From IMG/VR virus record IMGVR_UViG_3300025160_000076, positions 1-24,102 of that record: a stretch of 24,102 bases of DNA; one strand, 5' to 3'. Under the pieces are notes generated by a model that searched no databases, was not told where the DNA came from, and saw nothing but the letters and a program-made list of their open reading frames with translations. Below are positions 14,088-22,331 of this stretch, piece after piece (the stretch's first letter is position 1; every line of letters begins with the position of its first letter). Origin of the DNA: a virus (lineage: Duplodnaviria; Caudoviricetes). The translations under genes were made by a program, and so were the position numbers.

Positions 14088-15751
14088 GAGACCCATCCTT
14101 TGCCGTGATTGAATCTGCGCTACAGCTCCTGATCATCTCTGATCCGCAGAGCAAGCAGTTGATCGGTGAGCCGGGCCTGGCCGAAGAGGAGACCGAGGAG
14201 TACCGCCGGAAGCTGGTGGCGGTCCTGATCGCCTGGATCGCGGCCTATTCCGTGCTCTCGCTCTCGGACGAGGCGGCGATCGCGACCGCGCTGGTGGACC
14301 TGGAAATCCAGCTCGACCAATTGGCCCGCAAAGAATTTCCCAACGCGTTCAAGCTGGGGTTCGGAACCGGGTCCGGGATTGCTCAAGCCGTCGCGCTCGC
14401 GGCGGCCTTGAACCTCAACTCCGGGTTTCTAATCAGCAGCCTGCTCCCCTACATCGGAGCGGATCTCAGTGATCCAGAAACCGCGGGCCTGACGCTGGGC
14501 CAGCTCGCTGAGTCCCGCGGCTCGGCGTGGGCCAGCCGGGTCGGGTTGTACACGGGGGCCTACTGGACGGCGGTGTGGCTGGGAGTCCAGGAATCGATGC
14601 GCGAGAGCTTGCAGGCGGACACGGTTCCGGTGCGGCGCCTGCTCGATCCCGGAGCCCAGCACTGCGCGACCTGCCCGCCGAAGGCCCGAGAGTATGGCTC
14701 ATGGAATGAGATGCTGGCCCTGACAGGCGGTCTGCCGGCGGATGGATCGGATCAATGCCACTGCGTCACGACTCCCAATTCCCGCATTCTGACAAACAGA
14801 GGCCAAATACCGATCCGCGACGTGTTAGTCGGAGATCAAGTTTTCACCCACCAGGGCCGTTGGCGTACTGTCTTGGAGACGATCATCAGCTTTTCAAGAC
14901 CCATACACCGACAAGCCTGGCTCTTAGCTCCCAGCGGTGAATGGGTCGGCTGCACATCGGATCATCGGTGGTTTACTCAGTTCGGATGGAAGAGGACGGA
15001 TAGCGTAGCAAATAAGCGACTGTCGGTGTATACTTTGGGTCATGTCCAAAATCTGTACGCGATGCGGAACAAACTATCGCAAGGATCGTCAGTCAGACAT
15101 CTGCACAGCTTGTTCCCAGGTTTGTCATTGTGGAAACAAGAAAGACTTTCGCGCGGACGAATGCTTGAGTTGCGGCATGTCCCGCAAAGCCAAACTTCAA
15201 TGGCGGAACATAAATCAACGCAGACGTATTCTGGGCAGTATTCGAAAGGCGGGCATTCAGCGCAGGAGGACTTTCGACGGCCTCAGAGCGGAGCACTTTC
15301 GGAACAAGAAATTGGATGGACGGATATATGCTCTTTTTTGGGATGGCGCGAAAAGAAGAACGATCTACCGTTATCAATGGGTTTGGATTATGGCACACGG
15401 CCCCATTCCCAAAGGAATGGCTATCCATCACATCAATCACGATCCAACGGACGATCGCTTAGAGAACCTGAGGCTTCTGACGAGTTCCGAGCACGCGAGA
15501 TTTCATCCTCGGCCGAATATGAGAGTGGCTCATCGTTGCGTCATCTGTGGCAAGGAGTTCTGGAAACGACCTCGGAAGGAACGCCCCAACAAGTATTGCT
15601 CACTGGAGCACTACTGGCAGGGACTCCGCTCTACGATCTCCGCGTAGAGGAGGATCACTCTTTCATTATCGAAGGCTTGATTTCACACAACAGTAATTGT
15701 AGATGTCAGCTAGAGCTATTCTTAGAAGACGAATGGGTCCCCGTTGGCTGA
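14084..15751 (+). CDS. MuF/gp7-like minor head (head morphogenesis) protein containing an intein
   Basis: HCATC...DQCH|intein|SNCRCQL reconstitutes the MuF-like CxxC...HxNCRC motif. The predicted spliced product is 245 aa. Confidence 0.75.
   Translation: MRDPSFAVIESALQLLIISDPQSKQLIGEPGLAEEETEEYRRKLVAVLIAWIAAYSVLSLSDEAAIATALVDLEIQLDQLARKEFPNAFKLGFGTGSGIAQAVALAAALNLNSGFLISSLLPYIGADLSDPETAGLTLGQLAESRGSAWASRVGLYTGAYWTAVWLGVQESMRESLQADTVPVRRLLDPGAQHCATCPPKAREYGSWNEMLALTGGLPADGSDQCHCVTTPNSRILTNRGQIPIRDVLVGDQVFTHQGRWRTVLETIISFSRPIHRQAWLLAPSGEWVGCTSDHRWFTQFGWKRTDSVANKRLSVYTLGHVQNLYAMRNKLSQGSSVRHLHSLFPGLSLWKQERLSRGRMLELRHVPQSQTSMAEHKSTQTYSGQYSKGGHSAQEDFRRPQSGALSEQEIGWTDICSFLGWREKKNDLPLSMGLDYGTRPHSQRNGYPSHQSRSNGRSLREPEASDEFRAREISSSAEYESGSSLRHLWQGVLETTSEGTPQQVLLTGALLAGTPLYDLRVEEDHSFIIEGLISHNSNCRCQLELFLEDEWVPVG
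14762..15691 (+). mobile_element. intein (310 aa, Hint domain)
   Basis: Block A CVTTPNSRILTNRGQIPIRDVLVGDQVFTH, block B CTSDHRWFT, blocks F/G LYDLRVEEDHSFIIEGLISHN, followed by Ser at +1. Confidence 0.93.
15042..15647 (+). CDS. HNH homing endonuclease with Zn fingers, nested in the +1 frame inside the intein
   Basis: YQWVWIMAHGPIPKGMAIHHINHDPTDDRLENLRLLTSSEHARFH is an HNH motif. CxxC pairs occur at both ends (CTRC, CTAC, CLSC, CVICGKEF..KYCS). TATACT lies 7 nt upstream of the ATG. Confidence 0.88.
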   Translation: MSKICTRCGTNYRKDRQSDICTACSQVCHCGNKKDFRADECLSCGMSRKAKLQWRNINQRRRILGSIRKAGIQRRRTFDGLRAEHFRNKKLDGRIYALFWDGAKRRTIYRYQWVWIMAHGPIPKGMAIHHINHDPTDDRLENLRLLTSSEHARFHPRPNMRVAHRCVICGKEFWKRPRKERPNKYCSLEHYWQGLRSTISA

Positions 15752-16244
15752 CATCAAGTTCATTCCGATCCTGCCCAAAGTCGCCAAACTGATCGACCAG
15801 GCCCGGCTCCAGCGTGAACTCAAGGACGCGCTGGACCACACCGCGAACATCGTGCGGGATGACTTCCAGAAGACGGTAAAGACTTGGGAGCATCAGCCGA
15901 CGTTCCGCAAGGACGGGCCGCGGTTGACGGGAACTGGATTGGAGGTTTCGGTCTCTACGAATCAGGAGGCCTACACCTACGTCACCCGAGGAACGCGCCC
16001 GCATCTGATCCGGCCCCGGCGAGCGCGGAGGCTACGATTCCAGACTGGTTTCAAGGCCAAGACCCGCCCGCGGGTGATCAGTTCTCGGGCCGGCGGGGCC
16101 TCCGGTCCGGTCGCATTTGCCCGGGCGGTCCAGCATCCCGGAACCCAAGCCCGGGACTTCGACATTGAGATCGCGAGGCGGCGGCAAAAGAACCACGAGA
16201 ACCTGATCCGGCTCGCGGTCCGACGATCTCTCCGCTTGACGTAG
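15744..16244 (+). CDS. HK97 gp10-like neck/tail-completion-type protein
   Basis: Basic protein with YVTRGTRPHLIRPRRARRLRF...AVQHPGTQARDF. TTG start overlaps the upstream gene. Confidence 0.6.
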   Translation: MADIKFIPILPKVAKLIDQARLQRELKDALDHTANIVRDDFQKTVKTWEHQPTFRKDGPRLTGTGLEVSVSTNQEAYTYVTRGTRPHLIRPRRARRLRFQTGFKAKTRPRVISSRAGGASGPVAFARAVQHPGTQARDFDIEIARRRQKNHENLIRLAVRRSLRLT

Positions 16245-16263
16245 GGAAGGGAAACTGTCTACA

Positions 16264-18381
16264 ATGGCGACCAAACGCTTCGCGAACGTCCCGGCAGATA
16301 AGCAAGCAGCGATGGAACGCTGCGTGTTGGATGTCAAGAAGCGGAGCGGGTTGCCCAAAGATCGGGCGATTGCGGTCTGTTACTCCAGTGTGGTGGGCGG
16401 CAAAGACCTGGAGTATCTGATCGACAAGGAGTTGAGCTTGAACGCGAAAGAACGGCGCAAGCAGCGGCGGCTAGAAGATCGGCGATTGAACCGCGCCATG
16501 ACCAAGCAGGAGAACGGCGAACCCCTGAGCCTAGACGATATGCGGATCCTCGCGGAAGATGAGCCGCTGGATCAGAGCGTCAGCCAGGAAGAGGCGGCCG
16601 CCGAGATCGCGGCGGCGCTGACTGGGAAAGACCTCGACAGCCAACCGATCCGGGCTGCTGATCCCGGTGACATCATGAGTTTCGTGCGTCCCACCACGAC
16701 AATGGCAAAGGATGTGGTTGCGCCAGCCGGCCCTCTTACGGCCGTCATTGACGACAAGATGTATCACTATCCCGAAGAGGCCCATAGCTCTCATAATCCC
16801 GACTTACCCGCGAACGGGGCCACGACGTTCGATGAACTGGACTCCTATCGCGACGCGCTCCACGAAGCTCGGGCGATCCGGGACGTGACCGGAGATTTCG
16901 AAATGCTGGTTGGGAACGTGCTTGCCAAGAGCGAACCCGGCGAACTCGGGGATCGGATCGTGTCTCTCGGCGAGGAGATGAAGACCCGGCTGGAGAATCC
17001 ACCCGAGGAAAAGAGCGCGCAGGACAGCGGGTTCTTATCGAAGATCAAGGAAGCTTTGCAGAAGGCCAAGATCACGCGTGCCTCGATCAATGACTTGCCG
17101 GATTCCGACTTTGCCTACATTGAACCGGGCGGCAAGAAGGACGAGGACGGTCGAACAGTCCCTCGTTCACTGCGTCATTATCCGATCCACGACGCGGCCC
17201 ACGTCCGCAACGCCCTAGCCCGGGCCTCCCAGCAGATGAACCGCGGCGGGAAGTCGGCGGAGATCGCCCGTAAGGCGATGCCGAAGATCAAGACCGCGGC
17301 CAAGAAGATGGACATCGGGGCTCCGGCAGAAGGCAAATCCTCGGGCTTCCGGGTCGAGAAGGCCCTCGACGGATCCTGGCGCTGGTTCGGATGGGTCTCC
17401 AATAAGTTCCGGGACCGCGATGCTCCGGCGGAACCGAAATTCGGGGGCCAGATCCTGAGCGAGGCCGCGCACAAGGAATTCGTGGAGTGGGCGACCGCGG
17501 ATCCGAAGCGGATGCCCGAGCTCTGGCCCTGGCACACGAAAGAAGGCGCCCACGATCTGCCGGCGGACTGGATCGACTACGCCGACGGCTTCCTGATGAT
17601 GAGCGGGGCCCTGACCGTGAAAGAGGCTGAGAAGCTCCAGCAGCTCGCGGCGAAATACGACCTCGCCATGAGCCACGGACTGATCAATTTCGATTACGAT
17701 AAGACCAACGGAGTGATCCGGAAGTACCGCACGTTCGAGGCCAGCTATCTCCCGAGGGAGCACGCCGCGAACGAATGGACGGACATCGAAACTCTACAGA
17801 AGGAGATAGCCAACATGGGATTCAATCCTGCACGGCGCGGTTTCCTGGTCGAGGCCCTCGGCGAGGAACGGGTCAAGAAACTGGAAGGCGAGACCGAGGG
17901 CCGGGGCAAGGCGCTGGAGGGTCTGGGAGTGGAGTACAAGGAACTCTCGGACACGCTGGAGCGCCTGGCTGACAACGGCGAAGAGGAAGAGGCTGGCGGT
18001 GACGGTCCGGGGGACTCCCCGATCAAGGCCGTGGACGTAGACCAGATCGCGGCCGCGGTCGCCGAGAAGCTGGAGCTGAAAGAGATGAGCCAGTATCTCA
18101 AGGACCAGTCCGAGGCGATTCTGGCGATGGGCAAGGCCCTCACCGCGCTCGCGAAGACCGACGATGAGAAGGTCGCCGAGACCCTCCGGCCGCGAGCGGA
18201 TGTCAAGGAGTTCATCCCCATCTGGTCGAGGCGGCTCTCGCAGGCCAAAGAGACCGTGGTCGATGAGGATAAGCCCAAGGACAAGGAACTGGTCGAGGCC
18301 AAGCCCGGGCCATCCAAGCAGTCTTGGGTGACGGAGACCTTTGGGCCTCCGCAGAGCGAAGCTGCCGCCATCCCGCGCTGA
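16264..18381 (+). CDS. multidomain prohead protease / scaffold protein
   Basis: HK97-type protease-like block WFGWVSNKFRDRD...PELWPWH...LAMSHG...FEASYLPREHAANEWT followed by an acidic coiled-coil scaffold. It also has an internal NDLPDSDFAY...RHYPIHDAAHVRNALAR domain and lies directly upstream of the capsid gene. Confidence 0.75.
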   Translation: MATKRFANVPADKQAAMERCVLDVKKRSGLPKDRAIAVCYSSVVGGKDLEYLIDKELSLNAKERRKQRRLEDRRLNRAMTKQENGEPLSLDDMRILAEDEPLDQSVSQEEAAAEIAAALTGKDLDSQPIRAADPGDIMSFVRPTTTMAKDVVAPAGPLTAVIDDKMYHYPEEAHSSHNPDLPANGATTFDELDSYRDALHEARAIRDVTGDFEMLVGNVLAKSEPGELGDRIVSLGEEMKTRLENPPEEKSAQDSGFLSKIKEALQKAKITRASINDLPDSDFAYIEPGGKKDEDGRTVPRSLRHYPIHDAAHVRNALARASQQMNRGGKSAEIARKAMPKIKTAAKKMDIGAPAEGKSSGFRVEKALDGSWRWFGWVSNKFRDRDAPAEPKFGGQILSEAAHKEFVEWATADPKRMPELWPWHTKEGAHDLPADWIDYADGFLMMSGALTVKEAEKLQQLAAKYDLAMSHGLINFDYDKTNGVIRKYRTFEASYLPREHAANEWTDIETLQKEIANMGFNPARRGFLVEALGEERVKKLEGETEGRGKALEGLGVEYKELSDTLERLADNGEEEEAGGDGPGDSPIKAVDVDQIAAAVAEKLELKEMSQYLKDQSEAILAMGKALTALAKTDDEKVAETLRPRADVKEFIPIWSRRLSQAKETVVDEDKPKDKELVEAKPGPSKQSWVTETFGPPQSEAAAIPR

Positions 18382-18425
18382 GCGCGGCGTACAACCAATC
18401 CGAGAATCTGAAATGAGGTGGACTC

Positions 18426-19880
18426 ATGTTCCCTAACGCGACACAAGAGCAAGTCACCGAAGCCCTGAAGCAGCTCATCTTCAATGGAGGTTCGCTTCAG
18501 CGAAAGGTAACGGCCTCGGGAACCCCGGTAGGGCCGTACATGCACGGCCCGGGCGGGCTGTTCGGCGTGGAGGGTGTCGAGCGCGACCTCTTCCATACCC
18601 GGATCTCCCCGAATGGACTGGCGGCAGTTCTCCCGACCTTCGCCAGCCAATTCACGCATCCGCTCTTCGGTTACATCACGGGCTTTCAGGACGTGACCGG
18701 GACCGTGCCGGTCAACGTCTGTGATGACCCGGAGACCGCCGGCCAGATCAAGAGCTGTTTGCAGAGCGCTCCGTTCGGCCGCTACTCGTTCATGAGTCGG
18801 GAGCTGGAGATCAATCGGATCGGGCAGCTGATCAGCCGCGGGGAGTTCAATGACCTGCGGCTCCTGAACGATCCCCTGGCCCCCGAACTCGGAGCCTCAA
18901 TCTTCCCGAATCTGTCGGGGCAGGCGCAACTGGCGGCCGGGGCAGAAGTGCTGGCCCGGATGCTGGAGCTCGGAGTCGCGTTCTCCAACCGGCTCGGGCG
19001 CCAGACCTATGTCGGGACTCCCGCGAATAACAGCGCCGGCGGTGGATACGAGGAGTTCCAGGGCCTTGATGTCCTCATCGGGACCAACAAGGTCGATGCG
19101 ATCACCGGCCAGGACTGCACCAGCCTGCATTCCGATGTCAAGAACTTCAACTACACGCTGGTGAGCGACTCGGCGGCCAGCCCGGACATCGTGCGGGTGA
19201 TGACGACCATGTGGCGATTTGTCAACCACATCGCCCAATCGACCGGTCTCAATCCGGTGCGCTGGACCTGGGTCATGCGGACCGCGCTGTTCTGGGAGAT
19301 CACCGACATCTGGGCCTGCGAGTATTACAGCTACCGCTGCAATACGACCGGGAACGAGCGGCTGGTGATCAACGGCCCGGATCAGGTGGCCCTCCGCGAC
19401 GCGATGCGGAATGGCAACTACCTGCTGGTCGATGGGGTTCGGGTGCCGGTGATCCTGGATGACTTCATCCTGGAGGAAACCGAAGCCGATGCCGCGGCGA
19501 TCAATGCAGGCCAGTTCGCGAGTGACATCTACCTAGTTCCCCTGACCGCGATGGGCGGGACCCCCGTGACCTTCTGGCAGCACTTTGACTATCGGGCCGG
19601 GGCGACCCAGGCGATGGTTCAGGGTCGGCTCACCAATCAGTTCTGGACCGACGATGGCATGTATCTGTGGACCTGGGACAACGTGAACTACTGCGTGGTC
19701 TGGGAGTCCAAGATCGAGCCGCGGATCGTTCTGAGAACCCCGCAGATCGCGGGCCGGATTCAGAACGTGCGGTACGAGCCGCTGCAGCACCCGCGGGACG
19801 TCCATCCCGAGGATCCGTACTTCGTGGATGGTGGAGTAACGTCTCGGCAGGCTCCAAGTCTGTACTACGACTATCAGTAG
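18426..19880 (+). CDS. probable major capsid protein
   Basis: Follows the protease/scaffold gene, has a strong GAGGTG SD and strong GC3 codon bias, is 484 aa, and is followed by an intrinsic terminator. The fold is not verified. Confidence 0.7.
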   Translation: MFPNATQEQVTEALKQLIFNGGSLQRKVTASGTPVGPYMHGPGGLFGVEGVERDLFHTRISPNGLAAVLPTFASQFTHPLFGYITGFQDVTGTVPVNVCDDPETAGQIKSCLQSAPFGRYSFMSRELEINRIGQLISRGEFNDLRLLNDPLAPELGASIFPNLSGQAQLAAGAEVLARMLELGVAFSNRLGRQTYVGTPANNSAGGGYEEFQGLDVLIGTNKVDAITGQDCTSLHSDVKNFNYTLVSDSAASPDIVRVMTTMWRFVNHIAQSTGLNPVRWTWVMRTALFWEITDIWACEYYSYRCNTTGNERLVINGPDQVALRDAMRNGNYLLVDGVRVPVILDDFILEETEADAAAINAGQFASDIYLVPLTAMGGTPVTFWQHFDYRAGATQAMVQGRLTNQFWTDDGMYLWTWDNVNYCVVWESKIEPRIVLRTPQIAGRIQNVRYEPLQHPRDVHPEDPYFVDGGVTSRQAPSLYYDYQ

Positions 19881-19892
19881 AAACTCCGTAGG

Positions 19893-19920
19893 TTGTCTGG
19901 AGCCCGAGGCGTGCTACAAT
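19893..19920 (+). promoter_or_regulatory. putative promoter overlapping the terminator hairpin
   Basis: TTGTCT (19893-98), 16 nt, TACAAT (19915-20), with an extended TG at 19912-13. Confidence 0.5.
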
Positions 19921-19939
19921 GCGCCTCGGGCTTCTTTTT
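19901..19939 (+). terminator. Rho-independent terminator after the capsid gene
   Basis: 12-bp stem AGCCCGAGGCGT / GCGCCTCGGGCT with an 8-nt loop, followed by TCTTTTT. Confidence 0.8.
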
Positions 19940-20099
19940 GAACCGACCCGACGCACAAAGTTCCTCGCGTATTCGCTGGAGACGGTTTCGTAGCCGCCTT
20001 AGTCTTTGGCTCTCTCTCCCGTTTGAACTCCTAATAGAACTTTGGGATCGCCTCACTGGCGCCGACGCGGGCTATGAGAACTGCTGGTGGGACAAATGA
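19938..20099 (+). CDS. possible small ORF (53 aa)
   Basis: TTG start after the hairpin, and the stop overlaps the methyltransferase ATG (ATGA). No recognisable motif. Confidence 0.3.
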   Translation: MNRPDAQSSSRIRWRRFRSRLSLWLSLPFELLIELWDRLTGADAGYENCWWDK

Positions 20100-20671
20100 G
20101 CAACCAGCCGACCGAGGACGAATGGCTGGATCTACTGAGGCCGTTCGATCCGTGGAACCGACGGGCATTGCTGGGGATCTTTGCGCTGTTCGGGATTCCG
20201 CCCTCGCTACTCGACATCGGAAGCGGGACCGGGGCGATGGTCGAATTCGCTCGGTCTTTGGGAGTCGATGCGGTCGGGGTCGATCAGATCGCCCGGCCCC
20301 CCGATTACCGGACTGACCTCGCGACCCCGCTGGATCTCGCCCGCCAGTTCGCGTATGTGCTGTGCCTTGAGACCGCCGAGCACATTCCTGAGATCTATGC
20401 CGATACCTTCGTCGCGAATATCGCCCACCACGTCATCGAGGGCGGACTCCTTATTTTCAGCGCAGCCTCGCCCGGTCAGGCTGGGAACGGGCACGTGCAT
20501 CTGAAGGGGGCCGATTACTGGCGGACGATGTTCGATGGTCGGAGGCTTCACTACCGCGAGGATCTGACGATCAAGCTCAAGCTCGCTTGGCTACTGATTC
20601 CCATGCCCATGATGTGGCTCGCCGCCAACTGCCAGATCTTCTCAAAATCAATTCAGGAGACCTCAGCCTGA
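20096..20671 (+). CDS. class I SAM-dependent methyltransferase (glycan-cluster type)
   Basis: LLDIGSGTG motif I, VGVD, YVLCLETAEHIPE and PGQAGNGHVH. Confidence 0.85.
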   Translation: MSNQPTEDEWLDLLRPFDPWNRRALLGIFALFGIPPSLLDIGSGTGAMVEFARSLGVDAVGVDQIARPPDYRTDLATPLDLARQFAYVLCLETAEHIPEIYADTFVANIAHHVIEGGLLIFSAASPGQAGNGHVHLKGADYWRTMFDGRRLHYREDLTIKLKLAWLLIPMPMMWLAANCQIFSKSIQETSA

Positions 20672-21663
20672 TCCTCGTCCGTACTCCGCTGCGGGTCAGC
20701 TTCGCCGGCGGGGGCTCGGACCTCACGGCCTGGCTGGAGCGGGGTGAGGCCGGGGCGGTCGTCAATGCCGCGATCGGGGTACACATCTACGTCACCCTGA
20801 GCCGTCATTGGCATCCGAATCGCATCCGGCTCAGCTACAGCATGACCGAGGATGTGGATCGGCTGGAGTACCTGAGCCATGATCTCGTTCGAGAGGCGAT
20901 CCAGCTGACCGGTGCGGGCATGGGGCTGGAGATTACCAGCGTTGGTCAGATTCCGGGGAAGGGCTCAGGTCTCGGCTCCAGCAGTAGCACTACCGTCGCG
21001 GTCCTCCATGCACTGGAGACTCATCTCGGCGGCAGACCGTCGCCGATGTGGCTGGCAAACAGCGCGATCGATATTGAGCTGCTTCGCCTGAAGCAGGACG
21101 GCGGCAAACAGGACCAGTATGCGGCGGCGTTCGGGGGCGTGAATTATCTGAGCTTCGATCCGCACGGCCCGATCGGGATTGAACGCTTGGATCTCCCGGT
21201 TTCTACGCTCGATCAGATGAGCCGCTGGCTCCCGCTCTATTACACCGGCATCCACCGCCAGGCTCGGGATGTGCTGAAGGATGCCTCGGACCGGATTCGC
21301 AAGAATGCCCGCACGGCCGCCGAGACCCGGGCGATTGCCGGTCTTGCGAGCCAGGCCCGGGAAATGCTGATCGATGGGCGAGTGAAGGATCTTGGCTATG
21401 TGCTGGACGAGTCCTGGCAGCGCAAAAAGCGGCTCTCGAATCAAGTATCCTCAGAGGATCTGGATATGGTCTATGATCGGGCTTTGCAGGCCGGCGCCAC
21501 GGGCGGGAAGCTATGCGGAGCCGGGGCGGGCGGGTTCTTTGTGTTCTGCGTGCCAGAGGATCGCTTAGAGGCGGTAGATCACGCGACCAAGATGCGGCGG
21601 ATTCATGTGAAATACGGGGTTCCTGGCAGTGAAGTCGTGTATCGGGATGAGCCGGATTTCTGA
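20668..21663 (+). CDS. hddA: GHMP sugar kinase, D-glycero-alpha-D-manno-heptose-7-phosphate kinase (HddA)-like; probable CTG start
   Basis: ILVRTPLRVSFAGGGSD, IPGKGSGLGSSS, GKQDQYAAAFGG and GGKLCGAGAGGFF. AGGAG (20655-59) lies 8 nt before CTG 20668, which overlaps the upstream TGA. Confidence 0.85.
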   Translation: MILVRTPLRVSFAGGGSDLTAWLERGEAGAVVNAAIGVHIYVTLSRHWHPNRIRLSYSMTEDVDRLEYLSHDLVREAIQLTGAGMGLEITSVGQIPGKGSGLGSSSSTTVAVLHALETHLGGRPSPMWLANSAIDIELLRLKQDGGKQDQYAAAFGGVNYLSFDPHGPIGIERLDLPVSTLDQMSRWLPLYYTGIHRQARDVLKDASDRIRKNARTAAETRAIAGLASQAREMLIDGRVKDLGYVLDESWQRKKRLSNQVSSEDLDMVYDRALQAGATGGKLCGAGAGGFFVFCVPEDRLEAVDHATKMRRIHVKYGVPGSEVVYRDEPDF

Positions 21664-22331
21664 TGCCTGAGAACGAGTGGCCGCGGATGGCGGCTTGTCT
21701 CCTGACCTACCAGCGCACCGAATATGCGGTGCGGACGGTGAATTCCGTCTGCGACCGGCTGAAGTACCCGAATCTGGCTTGGTACGTTGCTGACGACGGC
21801 TCCGATCCGCCGCACTTCTTCAGCGTCCTTGCGGCCTTGGAGCGGAAGGAAGCGACGGTCTTCGGGTCTCATTCTGAGAAGTTGGGCGCGGGCAAATCTT
21901 GGAACCGAGCGGTTCAGCAAGCTCTAGAGCATTGCGATCTGCTGGTCAATTTAGAAGATGACTGGGAGTTGGCGATTGACTTAGACGTGCGCCCGTTCGT
22001 CAAACTCTTGCTTGAGAAAGATGAAGCCGGGATGATCCGGTTGGGCGGCCTTCCTGTAGGGTTGGATCTTCATTCGGTCGGGTACGATGGAATACACTAT
22101 CTGCGGGTGGAACCCACAACCTCCTATCAATGGAGCGGAAACCCGTCGATTCGGCATCGGCGCTTTGCAGAATTCTATGGTCCATTTCCCGAGGGCAAGA
22201 GTCCAGGCGATACGGAAGTCGCCTACGATGCTCAGGTGCGAAAGAAGCCAGGCGGTCCAGAAATTTGGTGGCCGCTTCAGATCGGAGGCTATGGTGTCTT
22301 CTCCCATATTGGAGCTAACCAATCTTATTGA
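21663..22331 (+). CDS. glycosyltransferase family 2 (GT-A fold)
   Basis: CLLTYQRTEY, WYVADDGS, LGAGKSWN and LVNLEDDW. Confidence 0.85.
   Translation: MPENEWPRMAACLLTYQRTEYAVRTVNSVCDRLKYPNLAWYVADDGSDPPHFFSVLAALERKEATVFGSHSEKLGAGKSWNRAVQQALEHCDLLVNLEDDWELAIDLDVRPFVKLLLEKDEAGMIRLGGLPVGLDLHSVGYDGIHYLRVEPTTSYQWSGNPSIRHRRFAEFYGPFPEGKSPGDTEVAYDAQVRKKPGGPEIWWPLQIGGYGVFSHIGANQSY

Noticed and set aside
17745-18659. 304-aa minus-strand ORF and the many other antisense or alternate-frame ORFs in the track
   Set aside because: Expected shadows of high-GC3 coding genes, with no recognisable motifs.
22087-22290. N-terminal extension of the HNH ORF given in the track
   Set aside because: It overlaps GT2 coding sequence, and the HNH-like sequence starts only near 22330.
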